In this document: piece after piece, positions 12,440 through 25,498 of the stretch
Layout: every line of letters begins with the position of its first letter
Numbering within the stretch: the stretch's first letter is position 1
Source of the DNA: Octopus sinensis
Taxonomy: Eukaryota
Direction of reading: 5' to 3'
DNA: 64,000 nt
Assembly: GCF_006345805.1 (NCBI RefSeq)
Contig: NC_042999.1
Location: 116,374,001-116,438,000 of the forward strand
The notes under the pieces: generated by a model
Databases searched by the model: none
What the model was told of the DNA's origin: nothing
Seen by the model: the letters and a program-made list of their open reading frames with translations, nothing else
Position numbers and translations under genes: made by a program

Positions 12440-12512
12440 TATATATATAGTACGTGTGCATTTATAGCATATATATATATATATATTATATGCTATAAAC
12501 GCACACGTACTA
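11990..12512. repeat. Higher-order minisatellite: three 160-170-bp units of microsatellite plus a 24-mer, followed by an inverted 24-mer
   Basis: tagtacgtgtgcatttatagcata at 12117, 12288 and 12448; reverse complement tatgctataaacgcacacgtacta at 12489. Confidence 0.85.
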
Positions 12513-13432
12513 TTAACACACACACATGCATATGCAAACCGCTATGTGCGCGTGTGTATGTATAGATTTGTTTATGGGCAAAGATGAGCAGTATCGTTTC
12601 GTTTATGGTAACGTAGATTTCGTTAAAATGTGGTAACATTCGATTATCATATTGAGGAGAAAATGTCGGCAGTTTTCTGGTATACATGTGCTGAAAAAAT
12701 CAAAAATAGGTTCGAATTGAAACTAAATTTCTTTAAGATGAGATATTAAATATAGAAAACAAGAAGAGAAAGGGTCAACGTAGCCCTTCATATTGTTAGA
12801 AATAATTGCCACGAATTCCACAAATTGCAACTTACTTTCTTAAAAACAAGGAAGAATAAATTGAATAAGATTTCTTCTTCTATACTCTTTACTCTCTTTT
12901 ACTCTTTTACTTGTTTCAGTCATTTGACTGCGGCCATGCTGGAGCACCACCTTTAGTCGAGCAAATCGACCCCGGGACTTATTCTTTTTTTGTAAGCCCA
13001 GTCCTTTGCTTAAATAAAAGACGGAATGGTCACGGTTTGCTCACCGTTGATCCTAGGTCTGCTGGATTAGAGCTGAACTGGAGTTTAAACTACAATAATA
13101 ATTAGCGTTGAGTGTCCAAGTTTCATGAAATGCGCATTAGCATCTCTGCTCATTTGCATTCAGTGAGAACATACGTAGTAATGATAACATCAAACTCAGG
13201 GTTTTACTAATGATAGGCAACTAGAGCTTTTTATCTTTTTCAAGGACTAAACGAAACTTTGTTGCAGCTTTATATCGCATAAACAACTTGTATGCACACC
13301 CTTTACCATGGTCTGTCTCAATATTCCTTTTGTACATCTCCCTCCCTCTCACTATCTCTCTCTCTTCGTTCCTCCCTCTCTGTCTTAATCTCTCACCTCT
13401 CTGTCTTAATCTCTCACCTCTCTCTCTCCAAA

Positions 13433-13486
<54 letters not shown>

Positions 13487-13618
13487 ATGCATGAAACTTT
13501 ATCTCGTATGTCTACGTATGTGTGATATAAATGAACGTACAAATGTGCTCGTATGTTTATAACATATGTATGCATATATTCATATGTATGTGTGCATATG
13601 CATATATGTATCTACATG

Positions 13619-13671
<53 letters not shown>

Positions 13672-13808
13672 GTGTTTGTATATTATGTGATTGTGTGCGC
13701 GCGTCTAAGATTAGGCAATTGTGTTGGAGCATGTTTATTTTTATCCTGTGCACCGACCTAAGCTAGATTTTAAAATTGTGTTAAGTACATAGAAAGGGAA
13801 AGAGTAAG

Positions 13809-13847
<39 letters not shown>

Positions 13848-14391
13848 AAGATAGAGAGAGTGAGAAAGAGAGAGAAAAATAGAAATACAGAGAGTGAGAG
13901 AGAAAGAGAGAAAGTGTCTGAACTTTTTTTTATTTCATATTTATTTTGAAGATGAGTTTGAGTGGGTGCGTAGAGAGTTACGTGTGACAGCCTAGCATAC
14001 ATGGTGGCCGACACGTGTGTTGATTTTACTATTCCGACTAAATTCTCATGGGAACGCTACACTTGGCGGGAAAATTATTGTCTTGTGAGGGGAAATAAAC
14101 GAAGCACTTCATATAAGTGTTTGTTTATGCATGTTTTGCCAATACATGAATGTGATATTAGTATTAATAGCCTGTATCATAATCGGTAGAGCGTTTATCA
14201 AAAAACGTCTTTGCGTTCTCTGGCTGGACTCTGTTTTATGTCCTGTCTTGACTTGCAACTCCACCAAGAGTTGATTATATTTTGTCTTTTTGTCCTTCCA
14301 GTGTTGATAATATATGTACTAATCAACACGTTTCATAAGAAATACAGCGGTATTTCAGGACTAATACTACTGTAACAGACCTGTTAGCACT

Positions 14392-14606
14392 CTTTTACTA
14401 TTTTACTCTTTTACTTGTTTCTGTCATTTGACTGTGGCCATGCTGGAGCACCGCCTTTAGTCGAGCAAATCGACCCCAGGACATTCTTTGTAAGTCTAGT
14501 ACTTATTCTATCGGTCTCTTTTGCCGAACCACTAATTTACGGGGACGTAAACACACCAGCATCGGCTGTAAAGCGATGTTGTGGGGGCAAACACAGACAC
14601 ACAAAC

Positions 14607-14662
<56 letters not shown>

Positions 14663-14842
14663 ATATATATATATACATGTATACGACGGGCTTCTTTCAG
14701 TTTCCGTCTACCAAATCCACTCACAAGGCTTTGGTCGGCCCGAGGCTATAGTAGAAGACACTTGCCCAAGGTGCCACTCAGTGGGACTGGACCCAGAACC
14801 ATGTGGTTAGTAAGCAAGCTACTTACCACACAGCCACTCCTA
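14392..14842 (-). mobile_element. SINE family A, full length with internal (TA)n
   Basis: Both the head (accacacagccactcc) and the tail (ctcttttact repeats) are present; matches the other family A copies. Confidence 0.9.
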
Positions 14843-15172
14843 CACTTGTATATACATTAAGCATGATGCATAGAGGATTAATTAATTAAGTAGTGAAAAG
14901 GGTTAGATTAACTTCCTATTTTCCTTCTAAATCTTTTGTTTCAGTCCGTCTTATGTTCGACTTTGCCATTCAGTCTTTCGAGATTTGATAAAATAAGTAC
15001 AAGTTGAGCACTGCGGTCGATATAGTATTCTTACCCTCTCCCCGGAACTTGCTGGCTTTGTGCCAAAATTTGAAAACCTTCTTCTCCTTCTTCTTCTTCT
15101 TCTTCTTCTTCTTCTTCTTCTTCTCCTCCTCCTCCTCTCCTCCTCCTCCTCCTCCTCCTCTCCTCCTCATTA

Positions 15173-15235
<63 letters not shown>

Positions 15236-15241
15236 CATTAT

Positions 15242-15771
15242 TGAGTGAGAAAGCAGTGCATGCCATCAAAATGACACTGGGGTAAAATATACGAAGCCCA
15301 GTATACCCATCGTGACTACCCGTCTAATAAGGGTACACTAGGCACATGTATCACAACCATATGTACGCAACATGGTGATCTCATATCAAGATAAACAGCG
15401 CATGACCTTGCAGGTGGGGCCCAGTTAGAATTTTCTTCAGGTCGAGTCACACATCCCGCTCAAAAGGTCCCTGAATAAGGGTTGTTTAAGGCTTTTGAAC
15501 GATCCGAACCCCAAAGAATTCCTCTCAACACATGGCTATGATGCTCCCCCACTACTTCTGCTCGTGATCAGAGATGCACATATCGTCAGCCACTAAAGGA
15601 CATGTTCAACTGGTTATGGTCAAACAAGTGACAAGCAAATCTGTGGTATTGAGCAGAATATTTGCTATAGCCCATCTTTTATACCAAGACAAAACAATTG
15701 CATGATAACACTTCCAATCAGTGAAACTCAGAAGCCATGAGAGCCACTGCCTGGTACTGCATCAGGACGTT
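15242..15771 (-). mobile_element. (AAT)n-flanked interspersed repeat, probably non-LTR retroposon-derived; second copy at 27992
   Basis: Highly similar to 27992-28462, which lacks ~85 bp. Both copies are embedded in ATT/ATC tracts. No ORF recognised. Confidence 0.7.
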
Positions 15772-16820
15772 TATTATCATTATTATCATTATCATCAGTA
15801 TCATCATTAACATCGTCATCATAAAAGCAGGTTGGCAGAATTGTTTGAGGATCGGAGGAATTAGCTAGCAGTATTTATTTTGATTCTTTACCTTCTCAGT
15901 TCAAATCACTCCAATATCAACTTTGTCTTTCATTCTTCCGGAGTCGATAAAAGTAAAGAAGCAGTCTAGTACAGAAATTGAAATAATCGTCTGTTCTCTC
16001 CTAAAATTTCTGGGCTTATATTTATATTCGAAATTATTATAAGAGTGAAGTATTAGAAGGATCGTTAGAGCGCTGGTCAAAAAAGTACTTCTTTCACACT
16101 TTTTAAGTTCTGAGTTCAAATTTCGCAGTGGCTTGCTTTCACTTTCTTCCTTCCTGGATCAGAAAAGTAGCAGTCTTCTGTAAACAATTTAATCGTTTCA
16201 CTCACTTCCCCTAAAATATACCTTGTACCAAAATCAGGAATAATTATTTTTATTATTGGTATAAAGATAAAATATTTTGCTATCCTTTCCGTATAGGAAA
16301 TTCAGTATGTTTGCATAATTTTGAAACACTATTCCTTTCTGATTTCTCTCTCATCCACACTCTTTACCATCACTTTTCAGCTCCTGCTTGTCTGTGGAAC
16401 AGACAGTTTTCACTCGAGATCCTCTTGACGATCCCACCCAGAAATTCTTGAATTTCCTTCACTGAATAACATCTACATTCATCGCATGCTCTCCCAGTGT
16501 CACAGCTTTATAATTTACAGCCTATTGTCTCTCCTAATTTAAGTTTAACAAGATTTTCCGTTTGAGTTCCGTTTTCACTTTAACCACAAATTCCAGATGG
16601 GCGGTTCAAGTGATTCTTACGAACTGTACAGAATTAAAGCTTAACTAAACCAAAGGGTGACTTGGTAGCTCTGATTCATTGATCTTAGAGTTTGTTTCCA
16701 TTTATATCTTAACAGTAAGATGTACGACAGCTAGTCAAAAATCACTCAGGTTTATAACCAAGTTATATCTCAACTATTGCTCATACCCAGTTTTAGTGAT
16801 TTTATTATTACAACACGTTA

Positions 16821-17262
16821 AGGCAACGAGCTGGCCGTATCGTTAGCACACTGGATAAAGTGCTTCGGGGCATTTCTTCCGGTTTTACGTTTTGAGTTCA
16901 AAATCCGCCGAAGTTAATTTTATCTTTTCCGGCTCGATTAGATAAGTGCCAGTTGAGCAATGGAGTCCTTGTAATCGACTAGCTCGCTCCTTCAAAATTT
17001 CAGGGCATGCGCTTATAGTAGAAGGAATTACTTCAACATATCAAAGAAATGCAAGGCGAAATCGCCAGAGCGAGTGACAGAAATGTTTTACAGTATTAAG
17101 TTACGTTCTGGGATCGAATTTCACCAAGTTAGACGTTGCTTTCATTCTTTGAGGGTCTATAAGGTAAAATATCAATCAAATACTAGGTTAAATATAATCG
17201 CCTTGGTCCCTCCCCTAGTGTTCATATACCACCCTCATTTTATTTCTTCATTTTTTCTCCCT
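16821..17262 (+). mobile_element. Two adjacent SINE family B copies
   Basis: ggcaacgagctggccgtatcgttagcac... at 16822 and a more diverged copy from about 17055. Confidence 0.7.
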
Positions 17263-17508
17263 CAGCGGTTATGAAATAAGTATCTGTCAGATCGCTTCAC
17301 TATCATCTGACCCTTAGGCAAGTTTCTCTTATGGTCTCGTGTCTACAAATCAACATATGCCTTTGGTAGACTGAAAATGTAAAACCCATTATTTGCGCGT
17401 GCGCCTTTGTCTATCTATGTATCTGTCTATCTATGTATCTATGTATCTATCTATCTATCTATTTATCTGTCTGCCTCTGTGTGTGTGTGTGTGTATACAC
17501 ACACACAT

Positions 17509-17557
<49 letters not shown>

Positions 17558-17749
17558 TACATACACGTACATACACACACACACATATATACATAAATAT
17601 ATATAGCGGTACACCTTAGTGCAACACCGAAAAACTGGTTCGCCAATCACCGTTATTAGAAAGTAGCTAGTATAATAGAATGGGACCTTTATTTGCATAT
17701 TCAAAACGTTTCCCATAAACAAATTTAAAAGAATATTATATATATATTG

Positions 17750-17789
<40 letters not shown>

Positions 17790-17940
17790 CTGTGTCGTGT
17801 ATATATATATGTGTGTGTTGTGTGTGTGTATTCATGATTAAATAAAAGGAAGACAACAAACGGAAAATATGACATACCTATATATTTATATAATTTTAAA
17901 AAACACGTGTAGTAAATAGACGAACAGAAAACACAGGTCA

Positions 17941-18010
17941 CCAGCTCTTCATCAGTTACCGCCTAGAGGGTCAAACGCAATTTCGGCCATTATCGATAAT
18001 ATTGATTCCA
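17941..18010 (-). ncRNA. Rearranged hammerhead-like motif, all core nucleotides intact
   Basis: Minus strand reads GGAAUCAAU A UUAUCG auaau GGCC GAAA UUGCGUUU gacccucuagg CGGUAA CUGAUGA AGAGC. Stem III CAAU/AUUG, stem I UUAUCG/CGGUAA; stem II has only one G-C pair. Confidence 0.65.
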
Positions 18011-18649
18011 CTCTGGAAGCACCGGCAAGAAACTTGCGGGGAAGGGACCAAAACATAACAAAATGAGACGGGCTTGAGATAAAACCGTTAGAGGAACAAA
18101 ACAATAAATAGAATAAAAGTTTAGGGCCAGACGAAGACAACAGTTAATAATAATGATAATACATATATAACAAAAACAAGATTGGGGCTTCAAGACATGA
18201 CAAACGTGGGCAACGCGAAGGAGAAATGAAAACTGTCCTAAAGGACTATAGACACGGGGTGGGAGTAGAGCGAGGAGCAAAGAAAATCGTGACCAGTCTG
18301 GTCGAAGGCAACGCGAAAAAGAATGACACCGCCTATGGTCGTCGCGGGTCACGTGATAATGTGTGGAGGGTAACTGAGAAAGACCTAGAGAGAGAGAGAG
18401 AAAATTAAGAGAAGCAAAGTAAAGGAAAGAGACAGAGTGACACAAGCATATTCCAAGAATATTTCTACAAAAAGGTAAAAAATTAATGAGCGCGTGCGAT
18501 ACATGAATAATATTTTCAGGATTAAATAAAAAGAAGACAACAAGCGGAAAATATGACATATCTATGTATATATCATTTTAAAAGAACGTGTAGTAAAAAA
18601 ACAAACGAACATCTACTAAATACACAGACAAACAGAAAACAGTCCCCAA

Positions 18650-18722
18650 CTGCTCATCAGTTATCGGCCAGAGAGTCAAACGCAATTTCGGCCATTTTCG
18701 ATAATGTTGCTTCCACTCTGGC
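18650..18722 (-). ncRNA. Rearranged hammerhead-like motif, second copy (U16.1 changed to C)
   Basis: Minus strand reads GGAAGCAAC A UUAUCG aaaau GGCC GAAA UUGC ... CGAUAA CUGAUGA G. Stem I is 6 Watson-Crick pairs and stem III is GCAA/UUGC. Confidence 0.55.
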
Positions 18723-20039
18723 GGCACCGGCAAAAAAACAGTGCATGCATAACATACATAATGGCTGCCTCCTCACTCTCGAGTTATAAGATGATGATGC
18801 TTGTACGTCAAGCGGTGCTGGTACATGATGCTTTTTAAAGTGAGGAATGGCCTTGTACACTACCAATCCCACTCTCTGAACAGCGAAAACAGATACCCCA
18901 AAAGGAAGAACTAGTCAACATCATTGGTTGCCATGGAGTGGCAATTTTTACATCAGTGTTTTCCTTCAACTAGAGTGATATCGTTACAAGGACCAGGAGC
19001 CACGCACTGCTAACAATATGTTACACCATGCCTACATTCTTATACCCGTGGTTCTCTGCTGAATGAGCCTGTCGTACCTACCCATTTTTGAAAACGTGAA
19101 CATTCTCTGCGCAGTCAGTGTTTTCTGCACCAAAGTCATCAATTAGTCGATAAATTTTGCAGGAACTACTGCTGTCCATCAGAAATAGCCGGACCAAGTT
19201 TGTGTATACAGTGTTGGATGGCTGTTGAATTTAATGAATTCATCCACCCTTTCAAAGGTTTTTTGTTTTCGTTTTGCAGGCTGTCCAAATGTACGAAAAC
19301 CTATTATTGACGATTTCTAACTTTATATATTGCTCCTTCTACCACTTTAGCATTCCGATTAGCAACTAACTACACTAGTTCTGAAACTATTTAACAAGTA
19401 ACGTATTTTCTGGTATACATGATTGATTGATTGATTCTAGTTTCAGCTCATGAGCTGTGGCCATGCTGGGGCACCGCCATGTCGAATTTTTCAGACTAAA
19501 ATTTATAGCCAAAAAAAGGGAGCTCGACTTATGCACTAAAACGACATTGGCGGACTTAAGATTCCCTGTGAAAGGCAACAGGATTTGGAAAGATAGTGAC
19601 GAAGTTTGAATGTTTACTCTACATGTTTACACTATATACTGCATCGACTTGTATAGTGGAAAATACGTTTTCACAAAACACCATCATCTTACTACAATTA
19701 GTTAGTTCTATTGAAACGTTCAACCCTATTTGCGGCTACATCGTGAAAATATAACACAAACGGGGATGGCCTTTCAAGGAACGCTAAAAATATAACAAAC
19801 AAAAACAAAAGCTTCTAAAAACTTAAGTATAAGCCATGATACTGTTGTAATTTACAAGCTTCCTGTACATACCGATAAGACAATCAAATTCTACCGGATG
19901 TCATAGTAAAGGACATGCTGGACAGGATGTGCTAGTGAATAAATATATAAATATGTGGAGTACAATACCTCGATTATATATACATACATACATATACATA
20001 TATATATATATATGTGTGTGTGTGTATATATATATATAC

Positions 20040-20208
20040 GTTAAGTGTTCTGGGTTCAAATTCCGCCGAGGTCGACTTTGCCTTTCATCCTTTCGGGGTC
20101 GATAAATTAAGTACCAGTTATGCACTGGGGTCGATGTAATCGACTTAATCCCTTTGTCTGTCCTCGTTTGTCCCCTCTATGTTTAGCCCCTTGTGGGTAG
20201 TAAAGAAA
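20040..20208 (+). mobile_element. SINE family B, headless unit
   Basis: gttcaaattccgccgaggtcgactttgcctttcatcctttcggggtcgataaattaagtaccag...gtagtaaagaaata, the same unit as in the 52913 array. Confidence 0.85.
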
Positions 20209-20260
20209 TATATATATATATATATATACATATATATATACACATACATACATACATACA

Positions 20261-20292
<32 letters not shown>

Positions 20293-20666
20293 CACGAACA
20301 CACGCACACACACACACACACACATATGAACGGAAATTAATAAGCCAAGGCATAACTTAGACATTTCTAAATCGTCGCAGACGAAGAACAGTATCAAAAC
20401 AATTTGTTGCATATGATTTTACTAAAACACACACACACACACACACAAACACTCACACACATACACACACATACACACACACGCACGCACGCACACTCAC
20501 AAGGTTCTGTATGAAGAAGACACAATAACAGTAAGCTGTACGAAACAGATCTTGCTAGCTAAGAGCATTGTTCAGACTTTTATTCTTCGGCATCTGTTCA
20601 CACAATCTAATCTTGTGTATTTCTATTTATATTCTTATTTAATGTATGCATACATACATACATACA

Positions 20667-20698
<32 letters not shown>

Positions 20699-20708
20699 AT
20701 ATATAGTG

Positions 20709-20739
<31 letters not shown>

Positions 20740-22192
20740 TATGTATGTATGTATTTGTTATCTAAATTATTTTATTAGTTTAATTTTTACTTAATGTTAT
20801 TCAAAGAATGTCTGTCATACTTCTGCCTACACTGTGTCCTTCTCATAACCATATGAATACAAACAGTTAATGCAAATACAAAGAATTCATTTCAATGAAT
20901 AAGAGAAACTAAATCATAGTCTGCAATCCACTAACTGAGTTAATGTATGCTGTAGCTTCAACGAAAGAAACTGTGTATGTGAATAAATCAGACGAAAAAA
21001 AAGTAACAACGATTTCTAGTATAGAACATCAAATGATACTATCACTTATTTCTAACACGTACAAGTGTTACAAAATAAGTTTAAGTTGGTTCGAATTATC
21101 CAAAATTCACAAGGTGCATTATATTAAATTTCATAATTATTCCGGTAAATATAATAAGATCTACCAAAATATAAAATCGGTATTATCTGCATGTCACGTT
21201 GCCCCAATGAGCGTGTCATATCTCAATAAGTGACAAACACTCGCGGACATGCTTATAAAATCAAAAAACAACGCAGCACCTATGACTTTCGGAAACGTTT
21301 TTTTCACGCTCAGAATTGCTGAATCCATGGAATAAACTATCCGCATCAGTTGTTAGCTGTCGAGACACTACAGCCTTAAAAACTTCCATGCTTCCTGAAA
21401 TCCACCAACAGGACACCTGATGGCCTTTATTATTATTATTATTTTTTAGTTGTAGTGCACCTGAGCACTGTATACAACAATTTCCATCATTATATCAAAA
21501 ATCGTTTCAAACCTGACATTTATCAACAAAAGATTAGTTTATAAAACTGCTTTCTGCAATTAAGGATCATAAAGTTTTGAGTGGATATATCTGATTTCTG
21601 CAGTAAAAGTGTTACATACTTTTTAAGATCTCAAAGGTGCACCGTCTAATGTCTAAGATTGCAAGTATTGACGAATTGATGTAACTACGACCACATTGAA
21701 AGAAATAGCATTTAAGATAAAACCATATAATTAAGATTCATTATACAATTAAATCGACAAAATTTACTAACGAATTTTTTAGACGAGAACATGGAAGATT
21801 GACGAGTAAATCAATTTTGTTTTCCATTTTTGAATAGGCAAGTGGGTCGTTTATCTTTTATTTGTTTGAGTCCTTGAACTGTGGCTATCTTGGGACACCA
21901 TTTTGGAGGGAGTTAGTCGAGCAAGTGTTCTTGTACCTAGAGTAGAAAAAGTTATTATTTGCTTATGGATGTGAACCGCACCGTCGTACTACTCATTGTA
22001 CTTATGTACATCCAGGTAGACTTCTGATTATTTACAACTTTTGGCGGAACATGAAACAAGAAGTTAATCGAAAACCCGTTGACTTAGAAATTCGGTCGAG
22101 GAAATTAATAAATTATCATGAAGAGAGAAGAAAACGATGGGAAACAATATGTATGATTCTCCCAGCCTTATTGTTCTCGAAATTGCTAACTT

Positions 22193-22770
22193 CTTTTTTT
22201 TTTTTTTTTTGACCTTACAAAGGAGATGTGACTAGAGAAGATTTGTGTTCTTATCGAGTCTATTCCAGCTGCTTTGCATATAGACGCCCTCTTTTATCCA
22301 GGCCGGGTGACTTGTCCGAACCAATGGAATTCTTCCACGCTAGAAGGTCCCGATCAAGTGATGAGGCATGAATGTCTGGCTTGGGTTTTAGTCACATTAG
22401 TCTAGCTGAAATATCTCATCTGCGCACCCCACGACAACGCATAATACCAGTAGTTCGCTAACTGAACTGCTTGATCCCGGCCTTTCACAGTTTGTTAATT
22501 GTTCATCGCTCAGTATCTGGTGATATTCGCCATTGATTCGATAGATTCACTTGCAGTAAAAGATCCACACCTACCATGCTGCATCCCGTGATTTCAACGT
22601 ACCTTGGCTCAAGTGTTTACATATTTTCTAACCCGTAGCCGCAACCTTGAGAAGTGTTACCGCTTTGGATCAGAGTAGAGTGGCTAAGAAATGGTTCCAC
22701 TCGGTTCGAAATCCCGAGAGTCCTAAACCAGGGTCCTACTACCGGATGCAGTTTAAAGCCATGTCCTAGA
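22193..22770 (-). mobile_element. Probable 3' end of a LINE with poly(A) tail
   Basis: A GC-richer island ending in an ~18-nt T tract at 22193-22210 (poly(A) on the minus strand); clade not identified. Confidence 0.35.
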
Positions 22771-24335
22771 GCTAGATATACAGATATTCAGATCTTTCTT
22801 GAAGTAATTAATCTCGGTAGTTATATTTAAGTAATAATTAAATGTAGTTATATTTCAGCGGGAAAAAAGAATTCAATAATCAAATACTGAAGCTCAAAAT
22901 ACTGTTTGATCAGGGTTGAGTGAGGGAGCTGAGCAATGATGTAACCAGTAACAACCAGTATTACGAATAACAGTAACAGCAAAGCACTAACAAGAACACC
23001 ACCACCACCACCACCAGCATTGTCAACACCATAACCTTCAAGAAAACAAGATTACCACATTTTGTCCGATCTTCTGCCGAACTGCTAGATTACGGGGACG
23101 TAAACACACAACTACCAGTTGTCAAGCAGTAGTCACACACACACACGCACATGCATATATATCTCTTATTATAAAAGGCAGATTTTATCTGCCTCCCTTT
23201 GGGAGTTATACAAATCTACAATATAGGATTTCTTCAATTACAATTTACCTTGCATTTTTAAGAGTACAATGCATCGCGTCATGCCAGGTCCAGTTTTTAA
23301 AATTTAAACTCCAATTAAGCAAAATTTACAGAAAACTCACATTCTGGTGTGTGTGTCAAATGCTTTTCTTAGTCTGGTTTACAACCACACGCAAACGCAC
23401 ACACACAGTGGGCAACGAATAAAATGAAAGTAATAGCGACAGAGTGATTGATTTGAGGAAGACTAAACTGAAAGTGTTTAAACCACTACTCAAAAAATAA
23501 AAAAACACAGCAACAGAAACAAATAAATACATAACCATTTAATCCTCACACAACTTCTTCAATTAGAATTTACCTAAGATTTTTCAAAGTACTCCATTCG
23601 CTCATGCCATAATATATTTCTTTCATTTCACCCCCAATTAAGACAAAATTCGAGAAAACTCAATATTTTAACATATCACTCCGAAAGCATTGATGTACAT
23701 GTGTGCGTGCGTGAGTGTGTGTGTGTGTGTCATTCCTCACACACACGCATACACATACATATACAACTACATACAACTACATACACATACAACTACATAC
23801 AAACACGTGTGTGTTTGTTATTAGTAAAAAAGGCGCAAAAACACAACTCACTTATCATTCCAACACATTTGCAAAGACACACGGAGGACAGAAAAGGTAA
23901 ATTGGTCTTTATTTTACTCTGTATATATTTTATTATATAATATTATATATAGATATATGTATATATAATTGCAGTATGAAACAGTGTTTATGTATAAACA
24001 GACGACACTTATATATAGTTACCAAGCCGCCCGAATTTACCTATTCATATTTAAATGAGAATATCAGAGCAAATCTCTTTAGTACATTCGTGAAAACACG
24101 TATTATACTTCGTAAACACTTCAACTACAGTTTTGTACAAAAATCGAAGTGTAATTTTAATTCCGTGAATTATGGGAGATTTTTTTCCGAAATTTGTTCC
24201 TATTGTGTTTTCAAAATTTTTAATTCTGACAAAAAATGGATACGAATTTCATTATATCAAGCAGCGAGTCAGAATTCGAAGGATTTTCTACTGAAGACCT
24301 TCATAATCTAACTCTATGACTGAAAAAAAAAAGCA

Positions 24336-24718
24336 TCTTTATATAAGAGTGAAGTTGTGTGTCTGTCTCCTACGATTTAGATTCCTAACTACTCCCACAT
24401 TTTGCGGTGCAGTTTAACCAAAAGCGGGTATCTTATAGTCGTGATTCATATCGAGCCCTTCTGGGTATTAGCGTGCGTCTACGATGAGTCTACGATTTAA
24501 AAAAAATTTACCATTATATTTTTCCATTTTAATGCATTTTTTTCGCTTTTATATAAGGGAAGTAACTCTCTAAAAATATCTACGATGTGTCAACGATTTA
24601 AAAAATATTTACCTTAATTTTTTTTCAATTTTTAATGCATTTTTTGGCTATAACTCTCTAAAAATGCTTATATAGTTATTTCCCTTACAACCCGAGCAAC
24701 GCCGGGCGATACTGCTAG
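24336..24718 (+). mobile_element. Non-autonomous Helitron (383 bp)
   Basis: 5' A|TC start, 3' CTAG|T end, subterminal hairpin CCCG-agcaacgc-CGGG (24691-24706), no TSD, internal duplicated segment. Confidence 0.85.
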
Positions 24719-24789
24719 TTAACTATAATCCTTAGAAGAAATTAATATGTGAAGAAAGCGTATAGCATGGAGTTTTATTTAAAATTCGA

Positions 24790-25498
24790 TATAGGCATCA
24801 GCATTCGCCACCAGCATTCGCCATCAGCTTTTCCAGCCGCCCGGGAACAGCATCAACTGATTTCATCAGGAATTCTTGTGAGATGGAAGACATAACTTCT
24901 CGTATCCGCCCTTCAAGCTCTTCCAAAGTCGTTGATTTGATAGAGTAGACTTGCTCCTTTAACCAATCCCCCCCCCAAAAAAAGTCGCAGGGTGTTAAAT
25001 CAGGATTTCTGGCCGGCCAATCATGCGGACATCGACGACCCATCCATCTTCCAGGAAAACAAAACAACAATAGCAAAAGGTGGAGGAGCACCATCTTGCA
25101 TAAAAATCAAAGCTACAACGTTCTCCCAAGAACTGATGACTGGCCAGATTTCATCTTGCAGCATGGTGAGGTACTTTTCAGCATTTATGGTATTGCAAAG
25201 GATGAAAGGTCCCACAATCCTGTCCGGATTGTTACCTTGGGCCGATTCTGCACTTTTTCAGAGGTTGTGACGGTTCACGAACTCACCGATGTGGAATATC
25301 TCTTCATTACTCCAGAGGATATTTTTAAAGAGATCACACCATGTTTGTAGGGGTTCTAAATTTCAAAAAAATAAACGATTTTGAAAAAAAAAACAACAAC
25401 ATAGAATCAATTCCCATACATTAACGAACATTGAGAAAAAATTATAGTCAATAAATTATAAATATTTTAAGATAGAGAGTTACTTTTCAATCGCCCTA
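24790..25498 (-). mobile_element. Tc1/mariner transposase remnant with one TIR
   Basis: Motifs INAEKYLTMLQ, FMQDGAPP and WPARNPDLTPCDFFW...LEELEGRI...RLEKLMANAGG; a TA|TAGGGCGATTGAAAAG terminus at about 25500; frameshifted. Confidence 0.85.

Larger units (their letters stand above)
17831..18739 (-). mobile_element. Non-coding element with ~205-225-bp direct repeats, each carrying a rearranged hammerhead motif (retrozyme-like or tandem pLTR)
   Basis: Direct repeats at 17831-18033 and 18515-18739; no credible ORF between them; predicted cleavage sites are 705 nt apart. Confidence 0.7.
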
